Below are positions 1-9,755 of a stretch of 64,000 nucleotides of DNA, piece by piece. The DNA is from an uncultured Caulobacterales bacterium (GTDB lineage: Bacteria; Pseudomonadota; Alphaproteobacteria; Caulobacterales; Caulobacteraceae). Position 1 is the first letter of the stretch. Every line of letters begins with the position of its first letter. A model generated the notes under the pieces. The model was not told the origin of the DNA and made no database searches. It saw only the letters and a list, made by a program, of their open reading frames with translations. Location of the stretch: assembly GCA_903884425.1 (NCBI GenBank), contig CAISEP010000001.1, forward strand, positions 25,922 through 89,921, written 5' to 3'. Both the position numbers and the translations under genes were made by a program.

Positions 1-258
1 GGTGCGTCGGCGGTCCGTGTCCGCGCCCGCGGCCTTTTCCGCGGCCTTGAAGGCGGCGAAGTCCACCAGCCGGGCGCGGCTGTCCGGAAAGGGCAGGCCC
101 ACCGGGTTCAGGGGGATCGGCACGGCCTCCGGACGGACCTGCGCGCGCAGCCAGCCCTGGGGGTCGGCGGTGATCCGGGCGATCTCCCCCGGCCGGGCCC
201 CCAGGCCGAAACGGGTGGCGGCAATCGCCGCGAGGGTGTCTCGGGGGGGTAGGGTCAT
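1..258 (-). CDS. DUF1800-like protein, N-terminal fragment that runs off the left edge of the window
   Basis: The reverse complement from ATG (comp. 256-258) reads MTLPPRDTLAAIAATRFGLGARPGEIARITADPQGWLRAQVRPE... with no stop to the window edge and G/C-rich third positions. The RFGLGARPGE...WL..Q motif is typical of DUF1800 N-termini. It is absent from the ORF track because no stop lies in the window. Confidence 0.55.
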   Translation of the reverse strand, partial: MTLPPRDTLAAIAATRFGLGARPGEIARITADPQGWLRAQVRPEAVPIPLNPVGLPFPDSRARLVDFAAFKAAEKAAGADTDRRRT

Positions 259-369
259 GCGCGATCCATCCACATGGTCCGTCTCCTGGCGACGGGACCG
301 ACAACATCCTGTAGAACCGCCGCCAGCCGGTGAACCGGCGCGCACAGTATTCGAGGCCCGAATTCCCTT

Positions 370-1116
370 ATGACAGGTCAAGATGAACCGTCCCTGACAA
401 AACCCCGCCGATTCTATCGGTCCGTGGACGTGGCCCCGGTGGCGGACGGATTTGCGCCGCGCCTGGACGGCCGTACGCCGAAGTCACCGCAGAAGGCGCC
501 CCTGGTGGCCCCGACGGAGGCCCTGGCCCGGCTGCTGGCCGAGGAATGGGACGCCCAGGTCCACGAGATCGACACGGCCCGGATGCCCGCCGTGCGTCTG
601 GCCTTCACCGCCATCGACCGGGTGTCGCAGGTGCGTGACGCCATGGCCGACGAGCTCGCCAGCTACGGCGGGTCCGACGTGATCTGCTATCTGGCCGACA
701 GCCCGGCAGACCTGGCAGACGCCGAGGCGGCTGTCTGGGGCCCCTGGATCGACTGGGCGGACCGGCGGCTGGGGGTGTCCCTCACCCCTGTCCGCGGCGT
801 GATCCATCGGCCGCAGCCCGAGGCGGCGCTCCAGCGCCTGCGGGCCCTGGCGGGGGCGGAGGACGACTTCACCCTGGCCGGGCTGGCCTATGGGGCGGCC
901 CTGTTCGGCTCTGCGATCCTGGCCTTCGCCGTTCGCCTGGGGGACCTGTCGGCGGTGGACGCCTTCGAGATTTCCCGCTTCGACGAGGCCTTCCAGGCCC
1001 GGCGCTGGGGCCTGGACGCGGAGGCGGAGCGCCGCCGCGAGGCCCTGACCGCCGATGCCGTCATGCTGGGCCGGTGGTTTGCGGCACTGCGCGGGGACGG
1101 ATCGGCTGCCACCTGA
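370..1116 (+). CDS. ATP12 family F1-ATPase assembly chaperone
   Basis: 248 aa. The sequence RRFYRSVDV...GFAPRLDGRTPKSP.KAPLVAPTEALARLLAEEWDAQ...I.TARMPAVRLAFTAIDRV is the characteristic alphaproteobacterial ATP12 pattern. Confidence 0.85.
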   Translation: MTGQDEPSLTKPRRFYRSVDVAPVADGFAPRLDGRTPKSPQKAPLVAPTEALARLLAEEWDAQVHEIDTARMPAVRLAFTAIDRVSQVRDAMADELASYGGSDVICYLADSPADLADAEAAVWGPWIDWADRRLGVSLTPVRGVIHRPQPEAALQRLRALAGAEDDFTLAGLAYGAALFGSAILAFAVRLGDLSAVDAFEISRFDEAFQARRWGLDAEAERRREALTADAVMLGRWFAALRGDGSAAT

Positions 1117-1190
1117 CGCTCCGTCACCGCTTGTCAGGGCCCGGACGCTCTTCTAACACAATGATTCAGTGACAGGTTCGGGAGACCCGC

Positions 1191-2723
1191 GTGCAGCATA
1201 TCCTCGATGAACTGGCCCGCCGTCGCGCTCAGGCCAAGCTGGGCGGCGGCGAGCGCCGCATCGCCGCGCAACACGCCAAGGGCAAGCTGACCGCCCGGGA
1301 GCGGATCGACCTCCTGCTGGACGAGGGCAGCTTCGAGGAGTTCGACATGTTCGTCGAACATCGCGCCCACGAGTTCGGCATGGCCGACCAGAAGGTCCCC
1401 GGCGACGGGGTCGTCACCGGCTGGGGCACCATCAACGGCCGCACCGTCTATGTCTTCTCCAAGGATTTCACCGTGTTCGGCGGCTCCCTGTCCGGGGCGC
1501 ATGCGGCCAAGATCGTCAAGGTCCAGCGCATGGCCGCCAAGGTCGGCGCGCCGGTGATCGGCCTGTTCGATGCCGGCGGCGCCCGCATCCAGGAAGGGGT
1601 GGACAGTCTGGCCGGCTATGCGGACATCTTCATGGAGAACGTGCTGTCCTCCGGCGTCATTCCGCAGATCAGCGTGATCATGGGCCCCTGCGCCGGCGGG
1701 GACGTCTATTCCCCCGCCATGACCGACTTCATCTTCATGGTGAAGGACACGAGCTACATGTACGTCACCGGTCCGGACGTGGTGAAGACCGTCACCAACG
1801 AGACCGTGACCCACGAGGACCTGGGCGGGGCCCGGGTCCATGCCCAGAAGTCCGGCGTGGCCGACGGGGCCTTCGAGAACGATCTCGAGGCCCTGGTCCA
1901 GGTGCGGCGGCTGGTGGACTTCCTGCCGTCCTCCAACCGGGAGGAGGCCCCGAGCCGCGAGAGCTTCGACGACCCCAGCCGGGAGGAGCCGTCCCTCGAT
2001 ACCCTGGTGCCCGCCAACCCGAACAAGCCCTACGACATGAAGGAGCTGATCCTCAAGATCGTGGACGAGGCGGATTTCTTCGAAATTTCAAGTGAATACG
2101 CCAAGAACATCATCACCGGTTTCGCCCGCATCGACGGGGAGACGGTGGGGGTGGTGGCCAACCAGCCCCAGGTCCTGGCCGGGGTGCTGGACATCGATGC
2201 CAGCCGCAAGGCCGCCCGGTTCGTGCGCTTCTGCGATGCCTTCAGCATCCCGATCCTGACCCTGGTGGACGTGCCGGGCTTCATGCCGGGGACCAAGCAG
2301 GAATATGGCGGCCTGATCAAGCACGGGGCCAAGCTGCTGTTCGCCTATGCGGAGGCGACCGTGCCCAAGGTGACCCTGATCACCCGCAAGGCCTATGGCG
2401 GGGCCTATGACGTGATGAGTTCCAAGCATCTGCGCGGCGACATCAACTATGCCTGGCCGACGGCGGAGATCGCGGTCATGGGCGCCAAGGGGGCGGTGGA
2501 GATCATCTTCCGCGCCGACGCCAAGAACCCGGAAGCCCTGGCCCAGCGGGAGGCGGAGTACAAGGCCCAGTTCGCCAATCCCTTTGTCGCCGCCAGCCGC
2601 GGCTATATCGACGACGTGATCATGCCCCACGGCACCCGCCGCCGCATCGCCCGGGCCTTCAAGAGCCTGCGCACCAAGGAACTGTCCAACCCCTGGAAGA
2701 AGCACGACAACATCCCCCTGTGA
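1191..2723 (+). CDS. pccB: Propionyl-CoA carboxylase beta subunit (acyl-CoA carboxyltransferase)
   Basis: 510 aa with a GTG start and GGGAGA upstream. It reads [37 protein letters not shown] and has full-length carboxyltransferase similarity. Confidence 0.92.
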   Translation: MQHILDELARRRAQAKLGGGERRIAAQHAKGKLTARERIDLLLDEGSFEEFDMFVEHRAHEFGMADQKVPGDGVVTGWGTINGRTVYVFSKDFTVFGGSLSGAHAAKIVKVQRMAAKVGAPVIGLFDAGGARIQEGVDSLAGYADIFMENVLSSGVIPQISVIMGPCAGGDVYSPAMTDFIFMVKDTSYMYVTGPDVVKTVTNETVTHEDLGGARVHAQKSGVADGAFENDLEALVQVRRLVDFLPSSNREEAPSRESFDDPSREEPSLDTLVPANPNKPYDMKELILKIVDEADFFEISSEYAKNIITGFARIDGETVGVVANQPQVLAGVLDIDASRKAARFVRFCDAFSIPILTLVDVPGFMPGTKQEYGGLIKHGAKLLFAYAEATVPKVTLITRKAYGGAYDVMSSKHLRGDINYAWPTAEIAVMGAKGAVEIIFRADAKNPEALAQREAEYKAQFANPFVAASRGYIDDVIMPHGTRRRIARAFKSLRTKELSNPWKKHDNIPL

Positions 2724-2768
2724 CCCCGGGGAATGCGTCGGCGCGCTTGGGGCGAAAAGGGGGGGTGA

Positions 2769-3872
2769 TCAGCCCTTGAGGAACTCCGCCAGGGCCGCGA
2801 TCACGGCGCGGTTCTGGTCCTCCAGCCCGATGGAGATGCGCAAGGAGTCCGGCAGGCCATAGCCCGCCACGCCCCGCACCAGGATGCCGCGTGCCGCAAG
2901 GAACGCCTCCGCCGCCTTGGCGGACCGGTGGGACTCCGCCGGGAACCGGGCGAGCACGAAATTGGCCGCCGACGGCCAGGTCTCGAGCCCCAGACCCCCC
3001 AGCTGCTGCGCCATCCAGCGGCGCCAAGTGGCCACGTGGGCGAGCGAGTCCGCGATGAAGGCCTCGTCGTCCAGGGCGGCCAGGGCCGCGGCCTGGGCCG
3101 GGGCATTGACGTTGAACGGGCTGCGGATGCGGTCCAGGGCATCGATGATGGCTGTCGGGGCATAGGCCCAGCCCACCCGCAGGGCGGCGAGGCCGTGGAG
3201 CTTTGAAAAGGTCCGGGTGACGACGATGTTCCCGGCACTGCGGGCCAGCTCCAGCCCGTCCTCATAGTCCGGATCGTCGCAGAATTCCGCATAGGCGCCA
3301 TCCAGCACCAGGATCACGTCGCCGGGCAGGGCGGCATGCAGGCGGCGGACATCGTCCCGGTTGATCCAGGTGCCGGTGGGGTTGGCCGGATTGGCGAGGA
3401 ACACGATCCGGGTCCGCTCGTCCACCTCCGCGAGAAGCAGGTCCACGTCGATCCGGCGGTTGGGCTCCGGGGCGAAACGGACGATTCCCTGGGCCGCGCG
3501 GATGGCGATGCGATAGGCGAGGAAGCCGTACTCCCCCTGGACCGCATTGTCGCCCGGCTCCAGATAGGCCTGGCACAGAAGGTCGAAGACCTCATCCGAA
3601 CCGGCTGTAAAGATGAGGCGATCCTGCTCCAGCTTGAACCTGTCCGACACGGCCTGGCGCAGGGCCGTGCAGTGCCCGTCGGGATAGAGGTGCAGCTGGT
3701 CCGCGGCGGCCAGATAGGCGGTCCGGGCCAGCGGCGAGCAGCCCAGGGCGTTCTCGTTGGAGGATAGCTTGATGGGCTCCGCCACCCCCTCCACCGTGGA
3801 CTTGCCGCCCACATAGGCGGCGATGTCGAGAAGTCCGGCCTTGGGCCGGGGCAGACGCTGGGGCTCGCTCAT
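2769..3872 (-). CDS. hisC: Histidinol-phosphate aminotransferase
   Basis: The ORF contains IKLSSNENALGCSP and a class-II aminotransferase body. I prefer ATG 3872 (MSEPQRLPRPKAG, GGAAG upstream) to the TTG at 3899 used by the track. Confidence 0.9.
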   Translation of the reverse strand: MSEPQRLPRPKAGLLDIAAYVGGKSTVEGVAEPIKLSSNENALGCSPLARTAYLAAADQLHLYPDGHCTALRQAVSDRFKLEQDRLIFTAGSDEVFDLLCQAYLEPGDNAVQGEYGFLAYRIAIRAAQGIVRFAPEPNRRIDVDLLLAEVDERTRIVFLANPANPTGTWINRDDVRRLHAALPGDVILVLDGAYAEFCDDPDYEDGLELARSAGNIVVTRTFSKLHGLAALRVGWAYAPTAIIDALDRIRSPFNVNAPAQAAALAALDDEAFIADSLAHVATWRRWMAQQLGGLGLETWPSAANFVLARFPAESHRSAKAAEAFLAARGILVRGVAGYGLPDSLRISIGLEDQNRAVIAALAEFLKG

Positions 3873-3888
3873 GGAATGGGGCTTCCGG

Positions 3889-4617
3889 TCAGGGGTCAAG
3901 CGGGACAGGGGCGGCGCCGATCACGCCCTTCAGGCGTCCCGGCGCGGCATCGATCCTGGGGTCATGGGCCTGCACATAGCCTGCGATGGCCAGCAGCTTC
4001 AACCCGCCCACGTCGAGGATCAGCTCGGCGGCGAGGCCAGCCTCCCCCAGGGCGGCGATCACGGTGGCAGGGGCGGCCTGGGCATCCGTGGCCAGATAGG
4101 TCTCGTCCGCGCCGGTGGGCTCCGGCCGGTGCGGGCCGACTACCAGACCCGCCCGCGGCCCCTGGCCGAACAGGTCCGGCACCACGCCGAAGACGTGCAG
4201 GTCGGTCTCGGCCAGCAGGCGCAGCCACCAGGGCTGGTCGGGAGAGAGGGCGATGACGGCGGCCCCGTGCGGCGGTCGCGCGGCGGCCATGGCGATCTCC
4301 GGCCGCTCCGCCAGCATGTAGCGGGCCGTGGCACCGAAGCGGGCCCTGGCCAGATCGACGATCCGGCCGCCGCCGCGCCCGGCATGCACGGCCACGGCCG
4401 GGGCCCCCGACCGCCGCCTCTGCTCCCCCGCCAGTTCCCGCCACAGGCGCTGCACCACGGCACCCGGGAGGCCGCTGTCCAGGCTGAGGCTGCGGATCAG
4501 CTGCGCCTCCTCCGAAGGATGCAGGATCGGCCCCTGCAGGCGCGCGGCGAGGTCCCCCAGCAGGGGGGCGTCCAGCAGCGCGGCTGCGGTTTCATCGGAA
4601 GTCCCCGGATCGCGCAT
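3889..4617 (-). CDS. Hypothetical protein with weak resemblance to a degenerate chorismate mutase / P-protein N-terminal region
   Basis: 242 aa with G/C-rich third positions, packed tightly between the DUF2125 gene and hisC. The segment HPSEEAQLIRSL...GLPGAVVQRLWRELAGEQ resembles the C-terminal half of AroQ domains. The product call is tentative. Confidence 0.5.
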   Translation of the reverse strand: MRDPGTSDETAAALLDAPLLGDLAARLQGPILHPSEEAQLIRSLSLDSGLPGAVVQRLWRELAGEQRRRSGAPAVAVHAGRGGGRIVDLARARFGATARYMLAERPEIAMAAARPPHGAAVIALSPDQPWWLRLLAETDLHVFGVVPDLFGQGPRAGLVVGPHRPEPTGADETYLATDAQAAPATVIAALGEAGLAAELILDVGGLKLLAIAGYVQAHDPRIDAAPGRLKGVIGAAPVPLDP

Positions 4618-4618
4618 C

Positions 4619-5602
4619 TCAGAACAGCCTCGGCGAGGGCCCGAGCAGGATCGGGCCCAGATGCGTGCCTGACGGGTCGAAGACCAGGGGCAGCTCCACC
4701 CTCCGGCCCCCGTCCGGGGCGGTCAGGGACAGGGGGACCGACCCCATGGGGTGGCCGTCCGGGCCGAAGCGGAGCACGCCGGTCCCCGCGGCCAGGCGCA
4801 GGTCCGGCCCCGGCGGCGTGGTCGGGTCGATCTCCAGCCGGCCCCCGGCAGCCTGCCAGTGGCGTCCGGCCGCGCTCCAGTCCGGCCCGGCAAGGGCGTC
4901 CCGTCGGGTGATCCGCAGGGAGAGGGCGGCACTCACCCGACGATCCTGAAACAGGGTCGCGGCCACGGTGCCGGGGGTGAGGGTGGCATTGTCGATCCGG
5001 ATCAGGGCTTCCGCCGCGGTGGGATCCTTCACCCCGGTTCGGCTGTAGATCTCGATCCGGTCCGCCCGGGCCAGACTGAAGGGACGGGCACCCGGCGGGG
5101 TGGTGAGCACAAGGTCCACCGCCTCTACCGCCAGTCGCGGCGTCGGCGCGGTCAGGGCGGCCAGGCTGGCGCGAAGGCGCGCGGCGCCGATCCGCACCTC
5201 TCCCCCCACAGGTCGGGTCACGGTCAGGCCGTTGTCCACCGCGAACACCCAGTGACCCAGGTCGAACAGCAGGGCCTCGCCCTCGATCGGGCCGAGCCGG
5301 ACCGCCCAGCCGGAGGGGGCGACCATCCGCAGGTCCGCCACCGTGACCTTCATCCGGTAGGGAAAGCCGCCGAAATGCGGGTCGGCCATCTCCACCTGAT
5401 AGCCCCGGGCGCGGAGCGCCTCTGCGGCCTGGCGCAGGTCCTGGGCCAGCTTCAGGGTGGTGACATACCAGCCGATGCAAAGGGCCAGGGCCGCGACCAG
5501 CAGCGCGCCCAGAGGCCACAGCCGACCCAACCCGGCAGCCGGGGGGGACGAAGATGGCGGCTTGCTGAACGGGTCGGGCTCGGACATTAGGACCTTTGAC
5601 AT
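4619..5602 (-). CDS. DUF2125-like membrane-anchored protein
   Basis: 327 aa with an N-terminal TM helix (LWPLGALLVAALALCIGWYV), then GGFPYRMKV...L and a repeated beta-rich body typical of DUF2125. Its stop lies 1 nt from the next start. Confidence 0.6.
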   Translation of the reverse strand: MSKVLMSEPDPFSKPPSSSPPAAGLGRLWPLGALLVAALALCIGWYVTTLKLAQDLRQAAEALRARGYQVEMADPHFGGFPYRMKVTVADLRMVAPSGWAVRLGPIEGEALLFDLGHWVFAVDNGLTVTRPVGGEVRIGAARLRASLAALTAPTPRLAVEAVDLVLTTPPGARPFSLARADRIEIYSRTGVKDPTAAEALIRIDNATLTPGTVAATLFQDRRVSAALSLRITRRDALAGPDWSAAGRHWQAAGGRLEIDPTTPPGPDLRLAAGTGVLRFGPDGHPMGSVPLSLTAPDGGRRVELPLVFDPSGTHLGPILLGPSPRLF

Positions 5603-5630
5603 CGGGCGGGATCGGGCGGGAGCAGGTCGG

Positions 5631-6167
5631 TTGGGAGCAGACCACTGGGTATTCGGCTACGGCTCGCTGATGTGGCGACCGGGGTTTGCCTTTCTAGACC
5701 GTCAGGCCGCGGTTCTCCATGGGCACCGGCGCGCCTTCTGCATTCATTCCGTCCATCACCGGGGCACCTATGAGCGGCCGGGCCTGGTTCTGGGCCTGAT
5801 CGCCGGGGGATCGGTGCGCGGGGCCGCCTATCAGGTGGCCGACCGGGACTGGCCCGCGGTCCATGCCTATCTGCTCGAGCGGGAACAACCCACCGAGACC
5901 TATGTGGAGCGCAAGGTGCGGGTGCGGCTGAAGGACGGCCGGGCGGTGGAGGCGGTGACCTTCCTCTCGGACCGGGGGCACCGCCAGTGGGCCGGTGCGC
6001 TCACCCTGGAGGACCAGGCCCGGCGGATCGCGGGGGCGACGGGGCTGTCCGGCCGCAACATCGATTATCTGCGCGATCTGGTGCAGCATCTGGCGGACGA
6101 GGGGGTGCACGACCGCGGCATGGCGGCGCTGCTCGCCCGGGTGGAACAGCTGGAAGCGGGGGCCTGA
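5631..6167 (+). CDS. chaC: Gamma-glutamylcyclotransferase, ChaC family
   Basis: It reads WVFGYGSLMWRPGF...GLVLGL...G.AY, which matches ChaC. The start is assigned to TTG 5631 (GGGAG upstream) because the track start at 5457 overlaps the divergent gene. The start is uncertain. Confidence 0.78.
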   Translation: MGADHWVFGYGSLMWRPGFAFLDRQAAVLHGHRRAFCIHSVHHRGTYERPGLVLGLIAGGSVRGAAYQVADRDWPAVHAYLLEREQPTETYVERKVRVRLKDGRAVEAVTFLSDRGHRQWAGALTLEDQARRIAGATGLSGRNIDYLRDLVQHLADEGVHDRGMAALLARVEQLEAGA

Positions 6168-6176
6168 CCGCGGGCC

Positions 6177-6863
6177 TCAGGCCCAGCTGGTCCGGCCGAT
6201 CAGGCCCATGCCGTCGGCGATGTCCCCGGCGATGGCGCGACGAAGGGCCTCGGCATCCCCGGCCTCGATGGCGGCCAGGGCCAGGCGGTGCTGGTCCACC
6301 AGATTGGCCGTTCCGAACCGGCCATAGACGACCCGCATGAAGGGGCCAAACTGTAGCCACAGGGTCTCGATCAGCCGCGTCTGGATGGCGGCGGCACCGG
6401 CCCGGTAGATGGTGAAATGGAAGGCGAAGTTGCCCTCCATATAGGCCAGCACATTGCCGGACTCGAGGGCCACGTCCATGCCCGCATCGATCTCGACCAG
6501 CTGGCGCACGGCCACCGGGCCGAGGCGGGGCAGGGCCTGTGCCGCGGCATCGGGCTCCAGCAGCATCCGGCAGTGCAGCAGGTCGTCGAACCTTTCCGGC
6601 GTCATGGGCGGGACGACGATCTTGCGCTTGGAGCGGATGTCCACCGCCCCTTCGGCCGCCAGACGGCTCAGGGCATCGCGCACCGGCATCTGGCTGACGC
6701 CCAGTTCCGCCGCCAGACCCCGGGTGGACAGGCCGACGCCGGGGACGATCTTGCCGGTGATCAGGCGACGGCGCAGTTCCTCATAGATGCTGGCATGCAG
6801 GACCGGCGCGGCTTCGGCGGGATCCTCCTGGGGGTCCACCGCTGTGATCGCCGCTCTGCCCAT
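6177..6863 (-). CDS. GntR family transcriptional regulator (FadR/FCD subfamily)
   Basis: 228 aa. The winged HTH reads LSTRGLAAELGVSQMPVRDALSRLAAEGAV, followed by an all-helical FCD-like C-terminus. Confidence 0.88.
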   Translation of the reverse strand: MGRAAITAVDPQEDPAEAAPVLHASIYEELRRRLITGKIVPGVGLSTRGLAAELGVSQMPVRDALSRLAAEGAVDIRSKRKIVVPPMTPERFDDLLHCRMLLEPDAAAQALPRLGPVAVRQLVEIDAGMDVALESGNVLAYMEGNFAFHFTIYRAGAAAIQTRLIETLWLQFGPFMRVVYGRFGTANLVDQHRLALAAIEAGDAEALRRAIAGDIADGMGLIGRTSWA

Positions 6864-7114
6864 GGGTCACTCCGGGATGCCGGTGGGGGCGTTCCCCGCC
6901 GGTGAGCGGAAGCTTAGCTGCGATCCCAACTCTGTCATAGTGTGGCGATGACCCGTGGTGCGGGCGAGCGAACGAGGGGGGCGAAGCGCCTGAAACCCCG
7001 GCATCCCTTGCCAAACCCGGCCGCATCGGGCGGCTGCCCCCTTGACCTTGACCGAGGAGCGGCGGGAAGGTGTCTGCGATCACACATCGCGATCCCCCGC
7101 CGCCAGGAGCCGAC

Positions 7115-8452
7115 ATGTCCAGTCTCAAGCAATGGATCGAGGGCCGCGGCGTGGCGGAGGTGGAATGCCTGATCCCCGACATGAACGGGGTCGTCCGGGG
7201 CAAGGTCGTGCCTGCCGCCAAACTGATCCAGGCGGAGCGGGACGACAATCTGCGCATGCCCTCCAGCGTGTTCAGCGTCACCGTCACCGGCGACTATACC
7301 GGGGACGACGACGAGGCCTACCAGGACCCGGACATGATGCTGCGGCCGGATGTCTCCAGCCTGTGCGTGGCCCCGGGCTTCAAGACACCGACGGCCTTCG
7401 TGTTCGCCGACGCCCACCATCCGGACGGCACGCCCTGGGCCTCGTCCCCCCGGCATGTGCTGAAGCGGGTGCTGGAGCTCTATGCCGCCAAGGGGTTGCG
7501 CCCGGTGATCGCGCCGGAGCTGGAATTCTATCTGACGGCCCTCAATCCCGACCCGGACCTGCCGCTCACCCCGCCGCTGGGCCGCTCCGGTCGTCCGGAA
7601 ACGGCGTCCCAGCCCTTCGGGCTCGAGGCCATCACCGAGTACGAGGACCTGATCGAGGCCATCTACGAGCAGGCGGAGACCGCGGAGCTCGATCTCGACA
7701 CCATGATCCACGAATCCGGCACGGCGCAGCTGGAGGTGAACTTCAATCACGGCGATCCGGTGCGCCTGTCGGACCAGGTGCTGGTGTTCAAGCGGATCGT
7801 GCGCCAGGTGGCCCTGAAGCACGGGGTCTATGCCACCTTCATGGCCAAGCCCATGGAGCTGCAACCCGGCAGCGCCATGCATCTGCACATCTCGGTGGTG
7901 GACGAGGCAGGGGTGAACCAGTTCGCCGATGCCGACGGCAACAACACGGAGGCCTTCCTGGGCTTCATCGGTGGCCTGCAGATGAACCTGCCGGAGATCA
8001 CCCCCCTGTTCGCCCCCAATGTGAACAGCTTCCGGCGGATGCGGCCCAGCCACTCGGCCCCGATCAATGTGCAGTGGGGGGTGGACAACCGCTCCTGCGG
8101 TCTGCGGGCCCCGATCTCCGACGCTGCCAACCGGCGGATCGAGGTGCGGCTGCCCGGTGCGGACGCCAATCCCTATCTGGCCATCGCGGCCAGCCTGATC
8201 AGCGGCTATCTGGGCATGACCGGGGGCATCCAGCCCTCGCCCCAGGTGCTGGGCAATGCCTATCTCCACGCCCGGACCCTGCCGCGGACCCTGGAGGAGG
8301 CGCTGGAGCGGTTCAACAACTGCCGCCGGGTGTGCGACATGCTCGATCCCAGCTTCGTGCGCACCTTCAACGCCATCAAGGAGGCCGAGCTTCAGGCCTT
8401 CCAGGGGGTCATCAGTTCCTGGGAGCGGGACCACCTGCTGCTGAAGGTCTGA
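7115..8452 (+). CDS. Glutamine synthetase family protein (gamma-glutamyl-amine / PuuA-like synthetase)
   Basis: ATG 7115 has AGGAG 6 nt upstream. The GS beta-grasp and catalytic domains are present (ELEFYL, NFNHGD, MAKP...GSAMHLH, NSFRR). It pairs with the FAD oxidase downstream. Confidence 0.9.
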   Translation: MSSLKQWIEGRGVAEVECLIPDMNGVVRGKVVPAAKLIQAERDDNLRMPSSVFSVTVTGDYTGDDDEAYQDPDMMLRPDVSSLCVAPGFKTPTAFVFADAHHPDGTPWASSPRHVLKRVLELYAAKGLRPVIAPELEFYLTALNPDPDLPLTPPLGRSGRPETASQPFGLEAITEYEDLIEAIYEQAETAELDLDTMIHESGTAQLEVNFNHGDPVRLSDQVLVFKRIVRQVALKHGVYATFMAKPMELQPGSAMHLHISVVDEAGVNQFADADGNNTEAFLGFIGGLQMNLPEITPLFAPNVNSFRRMRPSHSAPINVQWGVDNRSCGLRAPISDAANRRIEVRLPGADANPYLAIAASLISGYLGMTGGIQPSPQVLGNAYLHARTLPRTLEEALERFNNCRRVCDMLDPSFVRTFNAIKEAELQAFQGVISSWERDHLLLKV

Positions 8453-8456
8453 TCCG

Positions 8457-9755
8457 ATGACTGCCGACGGCTTCAATGACGGGCTCGACATGGCCCGGTC
8501 CTGGTATGCGGCCACCGCGGCCGCCTCGCCCCGGGACCCGACCCTTTCGGAAGAGACGAGCTGCGACCTGGTAGTGGTGGGGGCCGGCTGCACCGGCCTG
8601 GCCGCGGCCCTGTTCGCCGCCCGGTCCGGCCGCAGCGTGATCGTGCTGGAAGGGGGCGAGGTGGGCTGGGGGGCGTCAGGGCGCAACGGCGGCCAGATCA
8701 TCCCCGGCCTGCGCAAGGGGGCGCTGGAGCTGGTCCAGGCCCTGGGGGAGGAGCGGGGGCGGGCCCTGTTCCACCTGGCGCTGGAGGCCCGGCAACTGGT
8801 GGTTGACCTGGTGCGGGAGCTGGAGATCGACTGCGACCTGCGGCTGACCGGCCACCTGCTGGGGGCGCTGAAGGCCTCGCAGATGCGGGACTTCGAGGCC
8901 GAGGTCGCCTGCCTCGAACGGGTGATGCACTATCGTGACGCCCGCCTCCTCGACCAGGCCGAGGCCCGCGCCGCGGTGGCCACGCCGGAGTTCGTGGGAG
9001 GGCTGGTGGACGGGCAGGGCGGGCACCTGCACCCGCTGAACTATACGCTGGGCCTGGCCAGGGCCTGCCGCGCGGCGGGTGTGCGGATCTTCACCCACTC
9101 TCCCGCCACCGGGCTCGAGACCCTGGGCGCCAGGGGGGCGGTGGTCGCCACGCCGGGCGGACGGGTCCGGGCAAAGCACGCCATCCTGGCCGGGGATGCC
9201 CTGCTGCAGGGGCTGTCACCGCGGGTCAACCGCCGGATCATGCCGGTGGCGAACTACATCGTGGCCACCGAGCCCCTGAAGGACCCGAAGTCCGTGATCG
9301 CGGGAGACATGGCCGTGTCCGACAGCCGCTTCGTGGTGGACTATTTCCGCCTGACCCGGGACGGGCGGCTGCTGTTCGGCGGTGGCGAGCGGTACACGCC
9401 GCGCCCTCCGGCGGATATCGGGGCCTTCGTCCGTCCCTATCTGGAGCGCAGCTTTCCGCAGCTGGCGGGCATCCCCTTCGACCACGCCTGGGGGGGGATG
9501 GTGTCCATCACCCTTTCCCGGTTGCCGCACATCGGCCGCGACGGACCGGTGCTGTTCGCCCACGGCTATTCCGGGCAGGGGGTGGTCCTGTCCTCGCTGG
9601 CCGGGCGGCTGCTGGCCGAGGCGCTGGACGGCAACGCCGCGGGGCTGGAGCAGTTCCAGCATGTGGAACCCCCGGCCTTTCCCGGGGGGCGGATGTTCAG
9701 CGGGCCCCTGCACGTGCTGGGCATGGCCTGGTACGCCCTGCGCGACCGCCTATGA
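8457..9755 (+). CDS. FAD-dependent oxidoreductase (gamma-glutamylputrescine oxidase / PuuB-like, DAO family)
   Basis: 432 aa. The dinucleotide fold reads DLVVVGAGCTGLAAALFAARSGRSVIVLE and GASGRNGG is present. The gene starts 4 nt after the GS-like stop. Confidence 0.88.
   Translation: MTADGFNDGLDMARSWYAATAAASPRDPTLSEETSCDLVVVGAGCTGLAAALFAARSGRSVIVLEGGEVGWGASGRNGGQIIPGLRKGALELVQALGEERGRALFHLALEARQLVVDLVRELEIDCDLRLTGHLLGALKASQMRDFEAEVACLERVMHYRDARLLDQAEARAAVATPEFVGGLVDGQGGHLHPLNYTLGLARACRAAGVRIFTHSPATGLETLGARGAVVATPGGRVRAKHAILAGDALLQGLSPRVNRRIMPVANYIVATEPLKDPKSVIAGDMAVSDSRFVVDYFRLTRDGRLLFGGGERYTPRPPADIGAFVRPYLERSFPQLAGIPFDHAWGGMVSITLSRLPHIGRDGPVLFAHGYSGQGVVLSSLAGRLLAEALDGNAAGLEQFQHVEPPAFPGGRMFSGPLHVLGMAWYALRDRL

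Noticed and set aside
2-373. Plus-strand ORF of 123 aa at the left edge of the window.
   Set aside because: Its composition is Arg/Ala/Pro-rich and it has no recognisable motifs. The opposite strand gives a clean DUF1800-like N-terminus with an ATG start and G/C-rich third positions.
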